From Mobula hypostoma (lineage: Eukaryota): a DNA stretch of 64,000 nt. Made by a program: the position numbers and the translations under genes. Position 1 is the first letter of the stretch. Every line of letters starts with the position of its first letter. The notes beneath the pieces were generated by a model. That model was not told the DNA's origin. It was given only the letters and a program-made list of their open reading frames with translations, and did no database searches. The stretch is from the NCBI RefSeq assembly GCF_963921235.1, contig NC_086097.1:124064001-124128000 (forward strand), written 5' to 3'. Positions 62,735-64,000 of this stretch are shown here, one piece after another.

Positions 62735-63228
62735 CCTCATTATAGGGAGGATGTGGAAGCTTTAGAGAAGGTACAGAAGAGATTTACCAGGATGCTGCCT
62801 GGATTAGAGAGCATGTCTTATGAAGATAGTTGAGCGAGCTAGGCTTTTCTCTCTGGAATGGAGGAGGATGAGGGGTGACTTGCTAGAGGTGTACAAGATG
62901 ATAAGTGACATGGATCGATTGGGCAACCAGAGACTTTTTCCTAAGGCAGAAATGGCTAATAACCAGGGGGCATAATGTTAAGGTAATTGGAGGAAAGTAT
63001 AGGGGGGTCTCAGAGGTAAGTTTATTACACAGAGAGTGGTGGGTACGTGAAATCTTCTGCCAGGGTGGTGGTAGAGTGATACATTAGAAGTATTTAAGAA
63101 ACTCTTAGATAGGCACGTGGATGATAGGAAAATGGAGAAGTACGTAGGAGAGAAGGGTCAGTTGATCATAAAGTAGGTTAAAAGATTGGTACAACTTTGT
63201 GGATTGAAGAGATGTAATGTTCTATGTT
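62735..63228 (+). mobile_element. CR1 LINE 3' fragment
   Basis: ALEKVQKRFTRMLPGL...RGDLLEVYK remnant and a ttctatgttttat tail. Confidence 0.85.
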
Positions 63229-63538
63229 TTATATCTGCGTAATAAATATAAATAAATGTGCAGAGAGAATCTTAATGATTGAATATAGAGAGATTCATTT
63301 GGAAATTCTGCTTGTGATGGGACAGGGAATGCATGTTGACCAAAGGTAAGGTGAGGAGAAACATGAGAGGGGAAGCGTATCTTAATTAAGACCATATTTT
63401 GGCGAGACAAATATATGAAGAAGAAAGTAACAGGTACATTTACAATGTTAACTGAAGGGTATGAGATGACAGTATGAATATCTTGCCTTATTTTTATCCT
63501 GAGAGTATCATGTAATTTTCTTTTTTTCACTTCTGTAG

Positions 63539-63691
63539 GGCATTGGAGCTGCAGCCATTTTCTATAAAGCCACTTTTGCGACGAGCTATGGCCTACGATT
63601 CCATAGAGCGATATCGACAAGCCTATGTGGATTATAAAACGGTCCTTCTCATAGATAATAGGATCCAGGTTGCAAATGACAGTGTCAACAG
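63539..63691 (+). CDS. SPAG1: SPAG1 coding exon, TPR domain 2
   Basis: Long pyrimidine tract plus tag acceptor, gtaaga donor. 153 nt, phase 2-2. ALELQPFSIKPLLRRAMAYDSIERYRQAYVDYKTVLLIDNRIQVANDSVNR. Confidence 0.96.
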
Positions 63692-64000
63692 GTAAGAACT
63701 ATTGCATTAAATAAATATAAATATTTTGGGCAATTATTTTTATTGGACCTATAGACAACAATAAAGTAAATACCCTAAAACCTTAACACATAGGAGCAGA
63801 ATTGGGACATTTAGCCTGTCAAATCTGCTCTGCAATTCCATCATGGCAGATTTATTATCCTTCTCAACCCCATTCTCCCCATAACATTTGATACCTTTAC
63901 TAATCAAAAATCTATCAACCACTGCCTTAAATATATTCCAAATACTCAACCTCCACATCTGGCTAAAGAAATTCCTCCCTCAACGTCCACTCTATCTTTG

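Noticed and set aside
63222..63620. 132-aa minus-strand ORF overlapping the last exon
   Set aside because: No recognisable motif. It is antisense to a clear SPAG1 exon and intron and is most likely a chance ORF.

Overview
Eukaryotic, repeat-rich genomic window. The repeat landscape (CR1, Rex1/Babar, Penelope-like elements, V-SINEs) suggests a cartilaginous fish, probably a ray; this is inference. The only host gene is the middle of SPAG1 (TPR co-chaperone and axonemal dynein assembly factor) on the + strand. Ten GT-AG exons from 7094 to 63691 splice into one open frame of 1502 nt; the gene's ends lie outside the window. The introns are filled with mobile elements: CR1 LINEs (one near full length), Rex1/Babar LINEs, a decayed Ty3/Gypsy element, Tc1 and Tigger/pogo DNA transposons, solo LTRs, SINEs, and many Penelope-like element (PLE) termini carrying minimal hammerhead ribozymes. 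Main highlights: (1) a ~570-bp chimeric retro-insertion with a highly structured GC-rich leader, a captured CYHR1/ZFTRAF1-like coding fragment and an RTE-type 3' tail; (2) five fold-back PLE insertions sharing one architecture (both 3' ends outward, two fixed end points, ~14-bp target duplications); (3) sense-strand hammerheads inside the SPAG1 pre-mRNA; (4) a conserved internal MGN start in a strong Kozak context. Family assignments come from motif recognition by eye, not database searches. Boundaries of old repeats are approximate.
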